A DNA stretch of 64,000 nucleotides from Massalongia carnosa (taxonomy: Eukaryota), in NCBI GenBank assembly GCA_965645245.1, contig OZ287083.1:1116001-1180000 (forward strand). Direction: 5' to 3'. This document shows positions 11,579 to 24,544 of this stretch, piece by piece. The first letter of the stretch is position 1; the number at the start of each line of letters is the position of its first letter. A program made the position numbers and the translations under genes. The notes under the pieces are model-generated. The model was not told where the DNA came from. It saw only the letters and a list, made by a program, of their open reading frames with translations, and did not search any database.

Positions 11579-12841
11579 ATGATGGAATTATACGCATCTG
11601 GTTTCAATGCATACGGACAGCTCGTCTCCAATTCCAACGATCGAAAATACAAAGATTTGACTAGCTTCCAGAAAACTGCCGAAGGCAATCGAATCCGCGT
11701 TCGCTGTGCTGTCTGGAGCGCAACAGTCATCGAAGTCGATGATACCCTCCTCTTTCGTGGCTTTCATGAATCTGGCCTCACCAACGCTGTCATTTCAGGT
11801 TTATCCACACATCTCTTGAAAACAGTTTTTGGTGACATGACTGGAATTCTCGGGGCTTTGACTGTGAACGGGGAGATCTGGATTTTGGCCGCCCAGTCTG
11901 GTGGCCTTATGTTTATCAAGCATCAGTTTTCCTCAGACAGTTATATCGCACGAGAGGGAACTCAGATTGATCAAATCGCCATTGCCGGGAACGATCAGGT
12001 CTGCATCAGTACCCGTTCGTCGAAAATCGTCCACCGAACCTTCACCTCTCGCTAACTCGCAACCGTAGGTCCTTTTCAATCTCCCTCAACGCAACAGCCG
12101 ATGAATCATACACAAACCTTGGACTCCTCCGTCACCAACCCTCAACTTCTCACCTTTCCATCCTTCCAATCCTTGCTCACATCATCCTCCTCCCCCATCT
12201 CTTCTTACCCCCTCCCCACTCCACTAACTACCCTCCTCGCCTCCACAACCTCCTTCACAACCCTCCCATCTCCCCTTACAACCCCCCTAACCTGGGGCGA
12301 CGCGCGACACCTGCACCTCGGCCGCTCCCCTACCGTCCTCGCGCCCGCCTCGCGCCCCTCCCCTCTTCTCTCCCTCGACGGGATCTCCATCCGCAAGATC
12401 GCCACCGCAGGCTGGCTCTCCGCGGCCGTCAGCGGCGAAAACGACTGCTACGTCTGGGGCGGGCGCCCTGACAAGCGGGAACGTAGTATCGGCGCCGTAC
12501 ACAGGAGGGAGGGGGAGGAAGAGGACGTAAGGCTGGTGGACGTGGAGGGCGGGATCGACGTCGTGGATGTAGCGGTAGGGGATGGTTGCGTACTGGTGCT
12601 TACGGCTGGGGGCAGGGTGTGGGGATGGGGACAAGGAAGGTGGGGACAGCAGGGTGGTGCGCAGCGGGGCTGGAGGGAGGGTTGGGTAGAGGTCGCTGGG
12701 GGTTGGGGCAGAAAGGAGGTGATAGGCATCGAGTGCGGGCTTTGGAACAGTTTCGTGCTTGTGCGCAAGTTAGTAAGTCAGCACGATCAGGTGAAGCTTC
12801 GAGCGGGAGGGCTGAGCCTGGCTCGCGAAGAAAGAAGTTGA
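11579..12841 (+). CDS. RCC1/BLIP-II repeat protein, 2 exons
   Basis: MELYASGFNAYGQL start; RCC1-like VAVGDGCVLVLTAGGRVWGWGQGRWGQ and IATAGWLSAAVS..CYVWG; intron ~12015-12068 keeps the frame. Confidence 0.82.
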
Positions 12842-13048
12842 GCGAATTGGGCCTAGGCCATTCTTCAACTATAGGAAACCCCGAAACTCCCTCCCCAAAT
12901 GAATGGATGAACATGAATGTTCAATCCCCAAAGTCGACGAGGTTTCCGGCTGAAAAAATTTGAAGAAAGATAGACCAAAGAAGGCACGATATACGACTTT
13001 CCTTTCTTCCCAAAAAAAAACTTTTCATCGTTACAGTCAATAAAAGTA

Positions 13049-14731
13049 TCATTGACTCTTCTTGCCCACTTCCACTTTGATCCCACCGCGATTCAACAAT
13101 CCTACCCATCCCAGCAAACCCCCAAGCAGTTCCATCACCCCTAGCACCTCTATCAGCCACAGCCCCGCCAAAACCGCCTTCACGACTACCCTCACGCCCC
13201 AATCTCCCCACCCGCGCGCTACCCTTCTCCCCCTCGAAAACGTCGAGTCGACGAACCGAAACGGCAGCTCTGCCCCCAGCGCCTCCACCGCCACGCTCAA
13301 ACCGCTGGAAAACCCATCTTCGTGAAACCCGTACTTGGTCCACGCGCCGGCGTAGCTCACGCCGCGCGTGTTCTGGATGCGCGGCAGCAGGATCTGGGCG
13401 CGGATGGCGGGCGCGGTGTAGAGCGGGTGGTTGTAGGACCAAGTGCCTTGCGTGAGGGTGGGGGCGGGGGGGTGCAGGGGGTTGAGGGTGACGAGGACGG
13501 GGCCGTAGATAGAGGAGGGAATGTGTTGGAGGATGTTCATGTTGTAGGTAAGGCAGACTTGGGAGGTGGAGGTGGGGGTTGGGGTTGTAGTTATGTAGTT
13601 CCAGGCGGACCAGGCGAGAGGGCGGGCGGGCATGAGCTTTTTTAGGTTTAGTTGGGAAGGGGAGGGATGGGAAGACATAAAGGGGTTAATTGCTTACGGA
13701 GAGGTCGGAGTGGAGGGAGACGGTGTTGGCGCTGGTCTTGAAAGCAGAGAGGATGGAGATCTCTTCCGCGGTGGCTGTGGAACGGATAATCTCAAGGGCT
13801 TGGTCGCCGTGGGTAGCGAGGATGACGTGATCAAAGAGATCTTCCGTCTCATCGTCTCGAAGGAGAGCTACTTGTCCGTCTTCTTGCGTTCGCAGTGATT
13901 TGATGGGGGTGCTGAGATGCACCTGGTTCGCTGGGAAATCCTTCATGACAGCGTCAATATACTGATTCGAACCTTCCTTAATTGTCATCCATGGTGAGCG
14001 TGCGGTTACCGTCGAGAGCAGATGATGATTCCATAGAAATCGAACCAGGGTTATAGCAGGGAATTCTAAGGACGCTTTGTCGGGTCTTGTACTCCAGACC
14101 GCGGCTGTCATGGGGATTAGATAATCGTTGCGGAAAGCATCCGAGTATTTTTCTCGCTCCAGGTATTCTCCAATACTTTGCTGATGCAGGGGTTGACAAG
14201 GCGGCATGGCAGCACCGTTCGTTTTGGTTGGGTCTCCTTCGCTTTCCTCCTCGCTGGACAGCAGGTCTAAAGCGAACTGGTTGAACCTGATAATGTCGAA
14301 GATCATACGCCACATTCGGGGTGAATAGAGGTTTTTCCGTTGCGCGAAGACAGCAGAAAGGGAAGTTCCGGCCCACTCAAAGGCTCCCTGGTCTCTTGAT
14401 ACCCCAAAAGTCATTTCAGTTAGCACCGTAGGGATATCAATCTCCTTGAGAAAGGCAATAAAGTTTGCTTAGGACTATGAGCCGAAAGAAACGGCGAAGT
14501 TTATTCAGGAGTAGCAGACTAACGATAGGTAGCTGTATTCATGACAATAAATCCAGTATCGACATTGATCTTTTTGTCTCCATGCTTGAAAACGACGGTA
14601 TTGGTATGCCCGCCCAGTCGATCTGCAGCTTCATAGAGATGGACCTCATGATTGGTACTTTTCAAGGCCCACAATGATGCTATACCAGTACAGCCACTGC
14701 CGACGATGGCGACTTTTTTTCTTTTCTGCAT
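13049..14731 (-). CDS. FAD/NAD(P)-binding amine-oxidase-like protein, 3 exons
   Basis: Rossmann KVAIVGSGCTG, LYEAADRLGGHTNTV, VDTGFIVMN, HVILATHGDQAL, AWSAWNY, YAGAWTKYGFHEDGFSSG; introns near 14523-14469 and 13699-13638. Confidence 0.88.
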
Positions 14732-15247
14732 TTTGAAATATAGAGCGATAAATCAATGGAAAGCAGGTCCTTAACGTCACCCTATGCTATTTCAGATAAA
14801 TGGAAAGACCACTATGCTAAGCTAGGGAAGATAGTAGTGAGTAGGTGAATTTGTGGATAGAAACAGAAACCTTTGATGTCTTTGCTCTCCTATACAAGAA
14901 AAAATAAAGGGCATCATGATGTATTTATAGAACGTCCGAGTCGTAAATGCAAGGGTCTTCAGCGGAGCGGAAAAACAAAGGCGCCATCAATGCAACGCCC
15001 TTCGTTCTGTTCCTTCACAATATAACTCAAACCATTCTTCCGTCAGAGATAATTGCATTTGACGTTGATGGCCTTTCAATTATCTTGCTGCAACCATACC
15101 ATCATCTTATATCTTTAGCTCTGGTCATATATTTAAGAGAAACCCAAGAGCCTCCAACGACGCAGGCAACCATCAATCACTCTCCCGTTCCCACCAATCC
15201 AGCGCCAAAGCTACAAAGCTTCTGACCAGAACTCACATTTCCTTGCC

Positions 15248-16104
15248 ATGTCAAACCCACTTGATACCGATGCAGGCTCAGAGCTTTTCAGCAGCTATGA
15301 GGCCGAACTCAAACTCGTCCAGGCAGATCTAAGCCAGAAACTTGATCAAATCACCGAACTATCTGGCGAACCTAGAAAATCGGCCGTTAGGCTGGCCGAG
15401 CGATCGCTCGACGAAGCGAGGGAATTGGTCAGTACGCCTATGGGAAAAACCAATCATCCATTTCCCATCTCTCGCAAACTCCTAAAGTTGGGGCGTGCTA
15501 AACTGATCAATTCCTATATCAGCTGGATCAAATGCGAATCGAAAGATCAAACATCCCCTCTGCCGCGCGCTCAAAAATAAACCAACGTTTCCGGAACTTT
15601 GAATCCGACATCGATGCCGCTAAACGAAAACTCAAAACCCTAGCCGATGATCGCAAAGCCCTGTTCGGGAACCGCTACTCGGACAATCCCACCACAGACG
15701 ATCAGCTAGAGCAGCGTCAACAGCTCTTATCGGGAACCGATCGACTGGATCGAAGTTCTCAACGGCTGCGTAATGCTCAGATCACGGCGAATGAAACCGA
15801 GGGGATCGGTCGTGATACCTTAGCGGATTTGCAGTTGCAGAGGGAGACGATTCAGCACACGCGGATTACGATGTTGGAAAGTGAGGGCTATGTGGATCGG
15901 AGCGTGAAGACTTTAAGGGGGATGGGACGTAGGTACTTCTCTCCCTCCATGAATAATTTAGGATACTTTAATCCTGAATATGGTCAGCGAAGTACGTTTA
16001 CTGATGATGCGGACAGGATGGCTACGAATCGGATTATAACAGTGGCGATTATTACTGTCCTTGTATTGCTGATTTTTGCCGTTATTTATAGCAAGTTTCA
16101 TTAG
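15248..16104 (+). CDS. VTI1: Qb-SNARE Vti1, 3 exons
   Basis: MSNPLDTDAGSELFSSYE Habc domain, SNARE motif EQRQQLLSGTDRLDRSSQRL..ANETEGIG and C-terminal TM; introns ~15428-15521 and ~15933-16017. Confidence 0.92.
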
Positions 16105-16957
16105 AATGTACGAATACCGCCATTTCCTAGGCTTGAGCTTTCGCGGGAAAAAAAATCAATAATCACAATATCCCTCCCGCTCGTGTTGTACATATAAGGT
16201 TTTCAAAATCTTGCTGCCAATGTCAACGAATTACATACCTATTTCCCAAGATCTCCCTTACCGACCAGGAACCGCGAGCAAAACCCATACGATTAGATGT
16301 TGCAAAACTGCTCCTCCCCGCCACAGCTTCGAGACCTGTTCTAGAAAAACGCGTTCTCCCAAACAAGCTTTCCTTTCCCAATGAGAAAGAACCGTCATAT
16401 CACCCCAGCTAGATACTCGTCCAACCCCCCTACCTATCTGATTTATTCTCGATACGTCCTGATTATCTATTCCCGATTGGAGGGTTTATGTATAGGTATA
16501 TGTGTGATGTGGTACGACAAGATGGGATGGAGATGGAAGTGGGAGAGGAGGTGTTGGGTAAGTTAAATGGGGGTTGCCTTATTTTATTCTTGCCTGATTT
16601 CTTTCGTTCTTGCTTGCTTGGAGATTGGTATGCTTGGGGACGCGGTGAGTGTGGTGTTATGAGGGTTTTGGTCAATTCGAGGGGGGTTGTTTTCCTGCCT
16701 ATCTACCTACATAACTACATAGCAAAAGAGGAGTATATGTTTCAGGAATATAGGGGTGAGCTTTGACGGCTTCGGCAAAAGAAACCTAGTGAGCTTCTAT
16801 TGCGCATTTTGCTCAATTGTTCAGGGCACTTTGGGAGCTAACTAACACACAGCAATCCCGCGACTATTTTTAAGAAGTTTTTTTACTTTTGGAAGTATAG
16901 TTTCTACATGCTTCGTTATTTCATATTTCGTTTGTAAGGCGTCCCAGAAAAATAAAC

Positions 16958-18197
16958 TCAATACCCCTGCACCTCCCTTGGCAAGTACGGTTCTTCCAAA
17001 TACCTAATCTCCTCCTCCTCCAGGCGAAAACCCACCGCCTCAACCGCCTGATCGATCCGCTCCACGCTGCCCAAGCCCAGAATCGGATTCACCCCCCGCT
17101 TGCTCAGACACCACGCCGTCGCCACGATGGCCATGGCCACCCCGCGCTTCCGCGCTACCTCCTCCACGCGCTCCACGATCGCTTTGTCAGCGTCCATGTT
17201 GCGGCTGTGGATCAGCGCTTTGAGGTAGTTGTCCGTGCGCCCGCGCACCGAAGAGGGGCGGTCGGTCCATGGACGTGCGAGGACGCCGCGCTTGAGCGGC
17301 AACCACGGGATACAGCCAACGCCGGTGTCTTGGCAGTAGGGCAGCATTTCGCGCTCTTCTTCGCGGTATAGGAGGTTGTGGTAGTTTTGCATGGAGATAA
17401 ACCGGTGCCAGTTGTGGATGGCGGCGATATTTTGCAGGGTTTGAAATTCCCACGCTGCCATCTGGAACGGGCCGTTAGCGAGACTGTTGTCTCGGCAGTG
17501 AAGGGATCAGGAGGTTCAATACCGAACTTGCGCCGATGTATCGGACCTTCCCGCTCTCCAGCACGTCGTTCAGTGCCTTCATAATCTCCTCCCTCGGCAC
17601 ATCACGGTCCAGCCGGTGGATCTGCAACACGTCGATGTACGTCCCTAACCGCTTGACGCTCGCGTCGACCGCGTCGAAGATGTGCTTCCGCGAAAGTCCG
17701 ACCTGGTTGACGTGCGCCCCGTCGTTGGTGCTTTGCGCGCTGATTCGATGCTGCGCCCCGCTGGAATCCACGCCGAAGTAGCATTTACTCAGCAGCACGA
17801 CTTTGGAGCGGGGAATCTTGTATTTTAGCAGGGCTTTCCCGATGATTTCTTCCGAGCGGCCGTTGGAGTATGCGTCAGCCTAAGGGGGGAGGGGATCGTT
17901 ATGGTCAGTTGTCGTTGGAGGGGGATGTGAGAGGAAGGGGAGAGGAAGCATACAGTGTCCCAGGTGTTGAGGCCGACTTTGTATGCGTGTTCGAGGAGGG
18001 GAGGGCGTGCTCTTCATCCAAGATCCATTCCTGCCAGTCCGGGCTGCCATAGGACATTGCCCCCAGGATAACCTTGGAAATCTTCAACCCGGATTTCCCG
18101 AGCCTGGAGAGGAGATGTCAAGGTCGAGTCAGTGATTTGAATTTCTGGGAAGACAGGTATGTTCTTATGACGGATACTGACCGTGTATATTCCATAT
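16958..18197 (-). pseudogene. Aldo-keto reductase (aryl-alcohol-dehydrogenase-like) with a 1-bp frameshift (pseudogene or sequencing error)
   Basis: MEYTR/LGKSGLKISKVILGAMSYG, ADAYSNGRSEEIIG, GLSRKHIFDAV..RLGTYIDVLQIHRLD, SMQNYHNLLYREEEREM; the frame breaks at ~17998 between HALP and LLEHAYKVGLNTWDT. Confidence 0.8.
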
Positions 18198-18591
18198 TGA
18201 GTGAGAAGGAATTGGAGGGGTCAAAGGGGAGGTTGTTCTTGAATGCCGATACAGAGTAGTTTAGGACGGAGACGGGGGAATGGGGCGAGCAGTTTAGCTC
18301 GAAGCTTAAAAGTACAAAAGATTTTTTGCGGTCACAAGAATTTTCTAGGTCAGCGAGGCCCCTTTCGTCCCTTTTAATAGTCAATGGTTTCCCTCTGAAG
18401 AAGAGTTCTAGGGCGTTTCCGTGCTTATCCGAGGCCGATTTTTTTTTAGGGCCGCGGGGTTGAGATTTAGCGTAAAAAATGCTAGCTTGGCGGTCCTTCG
18501 TATTGGAATTTGCCGAGATACCTGAATATTTGCGACCGAGGTTCTTTTGCCTCCTGCTTACTAATTTCCAGATTAGGCACTCATATGCTAT

Positions 18592-20628
18592 CCCTTCGTG
18601 CGCCGGTAACTCATCCATACCTGCGGGTAATGACAAATCGATTCGGATAATGACAAAGCTCTCTATTTAAACCAATCAGATTTAATGCTTCGCCCCTATT
18701 TGTAATTTCCCAAAAATTGCCCTTTTTGATTTAATTCTACGAATGCAACGCTTTCCAACATATCTCCTTCTTGCAACAAGGCCCACAGCTTTTACATCGC
18801 CACGTTGTCTGTGATCCACGTCGTCTTTTGGTGTAATTTTGAGAATTTTCCTCGAGGGCCTGGCGTTTTCGAAGCCTGGCATTATTTTCTTTACAGGGAC
18901 CACAATAAAGTAGCTTTCCCATGTGCTCCCATTCACAAGAATTTGCCGTTTCTACCACCTCAGTTGATTTTACCTCAATGGCTAATGATCGCTTTCGACT
19001 TTGTCCGGCTGGTGCTAGCAATGCCTCGACTATTTGACGTTGAAATTCCTGATGGGTTAGTTTCGAATGAGGATTAATCAATTGCCATAGTTTGAAGGCA
19101 TTTAAAACGGCTGATTCTAAAAGAAAAATAAACAGCGGCCACCAATAGCGGCTGTCAGCTCGATGCGGCGAATAATAGGATCTTTGTTGGGCATTTCCGT
19201 CCGATCCCCCTATGTAAGTATTGTACTCGACAATTGGCATCGGAAATGAAAGTTTAGGCGTTTCATTTTCGTCGAATACAACAGATGTTTTGGGTATTCC
19301 ATGACGACGTTTTTCGTCTTTGTAGATAATAGTCTTCATTTCATCAACTGTATGACAGGTAGTCATATATTGTACGGTATTGAGATCTACCCAGGCCATA
19401 CAAAGAATGTCTCCGTCATCAATACCAAATTTCTTACTAGACTCGGTTGTCATCAGTCTCATTTTCCCCCAATCCGTTTGTTTGGTAGCGGCCACACGCA
19501 TTCTTAGTAGTTGATCAGGAAAACCGCCTCCCGCTTTGGCCGTCCCACACGCCCCAATGTTCATCGTCTTCAGAGCTTTGAATAATCTGGTATTGGTAAA
19601 AAAGTTGTCGACAAACAAAACGAATTTGTTGGCTAGAGGAAGGCTTTTGCAAAGTTGAATAACAACTAAAGATGAAGGAGATAAATTCCATTTTGTGGCT
19701 GGAAAACCCAGTTGTCTAGCTGTTTTTAACTCGCTAATCTTGGTAACATGAGCAGGAAGTTAGCTATTTGGACCTAAATTATCGATATTCTGCTTCATAC
19801 CTTAGACGTGAGAAGGAAGTCAAAGAGATAATTCTCTTGACATAAGCTATACAGTTTGAATCCTACTCCAGCGGCTTTGGTAGCTATTTGCATGGTATGA
19901 CAACTCCTCCCTTTGAACATAATCAATTGCTCATCAACAGAGACATGACTACCAGGAGTCCAGTATCTTTGTGAGTTAACCCGAAACTCGGTGATGAGAG
20001 GTTCTAATTTCTTCCACCAATCAGGGCCCCGGGTATTGACCTTGTCGTCTTCGATAGGATTGGATATTTTTAAATATCGTCTGATTTGCTCCCATCGAGT
20101 ACAACTCATAGATTTGAGGATAATAGAATGAATAGCAAGCTTAGGATTGACGTTCCAAAAATCACGAATACGAGGCATGGGAGTATAGCCCATATAAAGC
20201 AAAATTCCTAAAAAGGCTCCAATTTCAGAAAGGTTGGTCGGATACCATGGTCTCTGATGTTTGGTTACTTGAACGCGCTCTCTATCTGCCTTCAGATTGG
20301 TGTGATTTGCGATGATTTGAAGCAAGTTGGAGGAGATAAAAAGACTAAATAAGCTGTAAGGAGTTTGCTCCTTGGATGCAAGCATGCTTTCGGGCTTTCG
20401 ATATGGCACAAAAATAGGGGAGTATTTAGAGGAGAGAGGTACCACGTCTGATTGGTCCGGAACTTCTATCTCAATACCTCGCATGATGAATGGGAATAAT
20501 CAGGTGAAACATTGATATTCAGGTGTTTACCACACGATGAAAAGGTAAATATTTTGATGTTCGTCCCTCAGCCCTACGGTAATGCATTAAACCCTTTTGG
20601 GGTGGATGAGTTACCGGCGCACGAAGGG
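18592..20628 (-). mobile_element. piggyBac-family DNA transposon, 2037 bp, 26-bp perfect TIRs
   Basis: TIR CCCTTCGTGCGCCGGTAACTCATCCA at 18592-18617 and its reverse complement at 20603-20628; flanks are CTAT (left) and ATAT (right). Confidence 0.95.
18737..20484 (-). CDS. piggyBac transposase (~561 aa, 2 exons), apparently intact
   Basis: Catalytic DDD in HVSVDEQ, FVDNFFT and GGSDG; C-terminal Cys-rich domain; intron 19800-19739 (GTATGA...GCTAAC...AAG; acceptor position uncertain) joins the frames. Confidence 0.88.
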
Positions 20629-21922
20629 ATATGCGAAAAGCTTCAGATATCGGCACGACTTCGGCAACTACGAGGAGGCAAAGGTATGCAGCAATAATGC
20701 TACATTTCGGAGGCAATTCAGCTGTTCATGATCACTGAGTGTCTCGGTGTCTCCGGTCAGCAATAAGGTATATTTTGCCCAGCTGAAAAGGTTCAAAGGA
20801 AGCAGGTTCATGCATTTGATATAGGCCGAGATGGAGGCCCTCAAGCAGTATAAAGAGACGATGATTCCTCATGTAATTTAGCTATTCAGTCGTTCAGAAT
20901 TCAGTTCAGCAGATAGCTAAATTTGGAGTATCTTCACTGGAAATACGGAGTACCTGCATCACGTTTGCCAAGCACTTCTCTTTGCCTATCCTTGATAGCC
21001 CTAGACCCTCTTCTCCTGCATCCCGCTGCCGTATGCCTGGTTGATTTTTTGTTCAACACTTCGAAAAGTGGCCTTATCGCCTGGGATGTGATGACGTAAC
21101 TAGATAGGTACTCCGTAGTTAGTTATGCACTTATGTAACTCCCTATACCTCATCCCTCAGTATGCACAGCAACGTCACCTGACTTATGAGATCAAAGGGT
21201 TTCCATTCCGTTTCCTCATCGTTCGCCTTCTTACATACATACTCAGTGCACCGTGACAGTTTTCGATTTCATACGTATCATCAAATACAGTTCACTACCT
21301 AGCAGATATACTCTATGACCAAACCATCAAGATGAGGCATTGAAGACGCATAAACCCCATGCATCTTGTTAACAATTAGAAAAATTGCGCTCCAATTACT
21401 CCGTACTCCGTACATAGTATGTTACACCGTTGCCCAAGACTGTTTTGCTGCAAGAAAGGCAATGCCTCCTACTGCTTCGTACATTTCAAACCAATCCCCG
21501 AGGGATAAAGCAGGAAAAGAGGCTGAGTCCCTGAACCAGCAAGGTTGGTGCAATTCAATGGAAGACCACCCAATCTTCATATGCAATAACAGCGGCCCGG
21601 GTTCTTTTATTATCAAAAAATGTTCGATTCCTGTTAGCGCTGCTCCAATGGTGGAATGGTGGTCTTGTTCTTCATAACCTGGATTGTGTGTTCGATTTCC
21701 AACCCTCTCTACTTTTTTACTTCTCCAGCCTCTCTATCTCTTATATCGAACTACACTAAACCCTGGCGGTGGTATCTCTTTAGAAGGAGTTTCAACGCTT
21801 CATATATCTACCTTTAACTTACCTATCTGAACCGCAAACCCTAGCCAAGTTTGGACCCTGTCAACGATTTCCGGTGAACATCCTCCCTTTTCAATATCGC
21901 AGATGGCCCGCCACTTGATGAA

Positions 21923-22814
21923 GTGTTGGTTGCTTTGTTGCTTTGTTGCTCCGTTGTAATCGCGCAAATCTGTCACCATCTCGACGGCAGCATTCAAGGC
22001 GATCACATACCTTGCAATGGCGCTACCAAAACCACACATTGCTGTCAACCTAGCGCTGCTTGCCTTGCCAACGGGGTTGTGCTTCTTGCAGGTGGACGGC
22101 TCCTGAACACCGGATCATGCACGGATAGGGATTAGGAGGACTTGGCATGTTTTCAGGATTGCTTTGTGTGTAAGTTTGGATTTTTGGCTTCTCGCCTCGT
22201 GATGATCAATGTTGACCATGTAGCTTTTAATCTGCGGCCATGGTCCGCAACTAACTGACTCGTAATTCAAGCTGTTGGCCGAATAAGTTTTTTGAGCACT
22301 CTATACCGATGCACGACAATTATTGGTGCTACTCTAGCAATGGCAATATAACGAGCTGCTGCCCAAAGAAAGAAAATCTGTTCCACTTTAATTTTGAACA
22401 TCCGGCCCAGATCCAAAATGGAACCAACTTTGTTTCTAGATACAAGATCACGCGAATTGCTGCTTTGGCCACCAGTACGCCATGGACAAAGCCACAGCAA
22501 AATGCGAGTTCCAACATCCTAGCGAAAGTCGTCGGGGACAAGGCGATGATGGTCGGCTTGGGAGTTGGTCTAGGCGCCTGTGTACCCTTACTTGCAGCTC
22601 TAGCAACATCGTTGTTCCTGCTTTTCCAAGAGAAGAAACGAAATCAAATGATCAGCGTGCGGAAATCGTATCAGCACCAGCACTAGCACCAGCACCAGCA
22701 CCAATTTTCCATGGCCACGCCAAAGATTCGCATGACCAACCTCGACGGGAACTCCCTGTAAGGGAACCTGCTGCGAGAGAGTTACGGAATAGCAACGTGG
22801 GAGCACCAGTTTAG
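21923..22814 (+). pseudogene. Degenerate Cys-rich secreted / single-TM (Mid2-like) protein
   Basis: Signal-like leader, PCNG..THCCQPSAACLANG..GSCTDRD*ED (TAG at 22133-22135 where Trp is expected), TM GLGVGLGACVPLLAALA, and a frameshift near 22650 before a RELP-type tail. Confidence 0.65.
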
Positions 22815-24544
22815 ATCGTACGATGGTTACGAAATCATTTAGCAGTTCACGTTGTTTGCGCCAAAGACCGAAGGCCGGCTTATACTGTGCGACAGAGCCA
22901 AACATCTTTAGGTTCTTGGGCTATATTTCCTTGAATCGGAACACCTAGTCGACGTTGAACATTGTTAAATTCCAACGCTTGTTACGGAGCTTTTTTTGAG
23001 GAAGATGATAGGTTACGTTAGAAAGAGACTGGAGGAATATGGTGGGCACGTATCATGGCGTGTAGGTCCTTAACTGGGGTAGAAAGGTCGATAGCAGCTA
23101 TTACCGTACTTTGCAATTCCCGAGGTTATTCCGGGTTCTAGGTAATGGACCCAATGTAAACGTATACGGACGTTCTTGTGGAAAAGTAGACCATCGCCCT
23201 TTGCTTGGCCATATCCTACGGTCGTATCAAAATGTACGCTTCGATCTGTAACAGCTTCCTTACAATATAGGTTTGGAGGGGGCGAATAAGAGATATGAAG
23301 GATGTCAAGATGATTCTCTAACATAGGGGCCAACCGATATATACAACTTCAGACCCCCCATAATAACCTCCAAGCCTTGTCGTTTGCAAGCCCCGATGCT
23401 GTATACAGATGTAAACTTTGGGTACCTTGCACGTTTACATACCAAAGCGAGGGAATTGCTATTGGGGCGTGTCAAGCAGCCAGAGATGAGAAATGGAATC
23501 TGCTAACGGTGTTAAGGCAAGATGATTCCCCCTTGGACAAGGCTTGAACCGCGTAACTACATCTTGGACAACTAGTATCCGAGCCGATGCTTATCAATCC
23601 ACCCAAGGTGTGATTTCCTGTCAGCAAGCCATGGACGGAACTTTGGATCTAGTGATTGGCCAGATTTGTAGATCCAGCTTGCCATGTCACAAGCTTTTGA
23701 TCAAGGACTAAGATCCCCGAGCCGGGCATCGATGGGATCTACTCTCTCTAAGCATTTTATTCCTACCAAACACTTTATGAAGACCTTGAGCACGGTGCAT
23801 GGAATAGCGTGTATCATAAAAGGGTATGGCTGTATTCCGAACCCCTGAAAAAACGAGAAGAGCACATGAGCCCGAACACTTATGTTGGATGAATAAGCCT
23901 GTTCAGTTATTGTAATTGAATGATACCAAAGCTAATCTGACAGGCAAGGGCATCGGTTTTCACAACCATACAACTTTTTCCATCTACAGCTTTAGGCTGT
24001 TGAAGTCACCGAAGCACGCTGATCAGTAGATGATCATGAAGAACCGAGCCGGCCGGCCCATTAACTAAAGGGGGAGGTGGATTAGTAATGTCGTTAGTTA
24101 CATACCTTTTTTTTGGTTCTTCATTTTGTAGGGTTAGCTCAAGTATGTCAGAGGGATCATGGTGCTGCCTGGCAGCATGAATTGTTCGGAAATACAACGG
24201 TATATTGCGGTTCGATCGCGTTTCTCCACGAGTTGTTTGCGCCTCTATCGACAATGACGTTTCATTGGCTGTTCTTTCGCTCCTGCTAGTATGTAAGATT
24301 TCACAAGTACTCATGATTATTCTTGAGTACTCGTAATCTCCATCAACGGCAGACACCCTTTCCTCATGAGGAATGAATTGGTCAGCTAAAAGGGGGTTTT
24401 TTTTGTGATTACTCACATACCGAGATGCCATTTTGTCAGTTTAATTGCACAAATACGAGTATAAGAAGCGCCTCCTGCTCGACATATTTCCTCATCAGAT
24501 CCTCCTTTCATAGTCACAAGAAGATACTCGAGTAATCTGCAATC

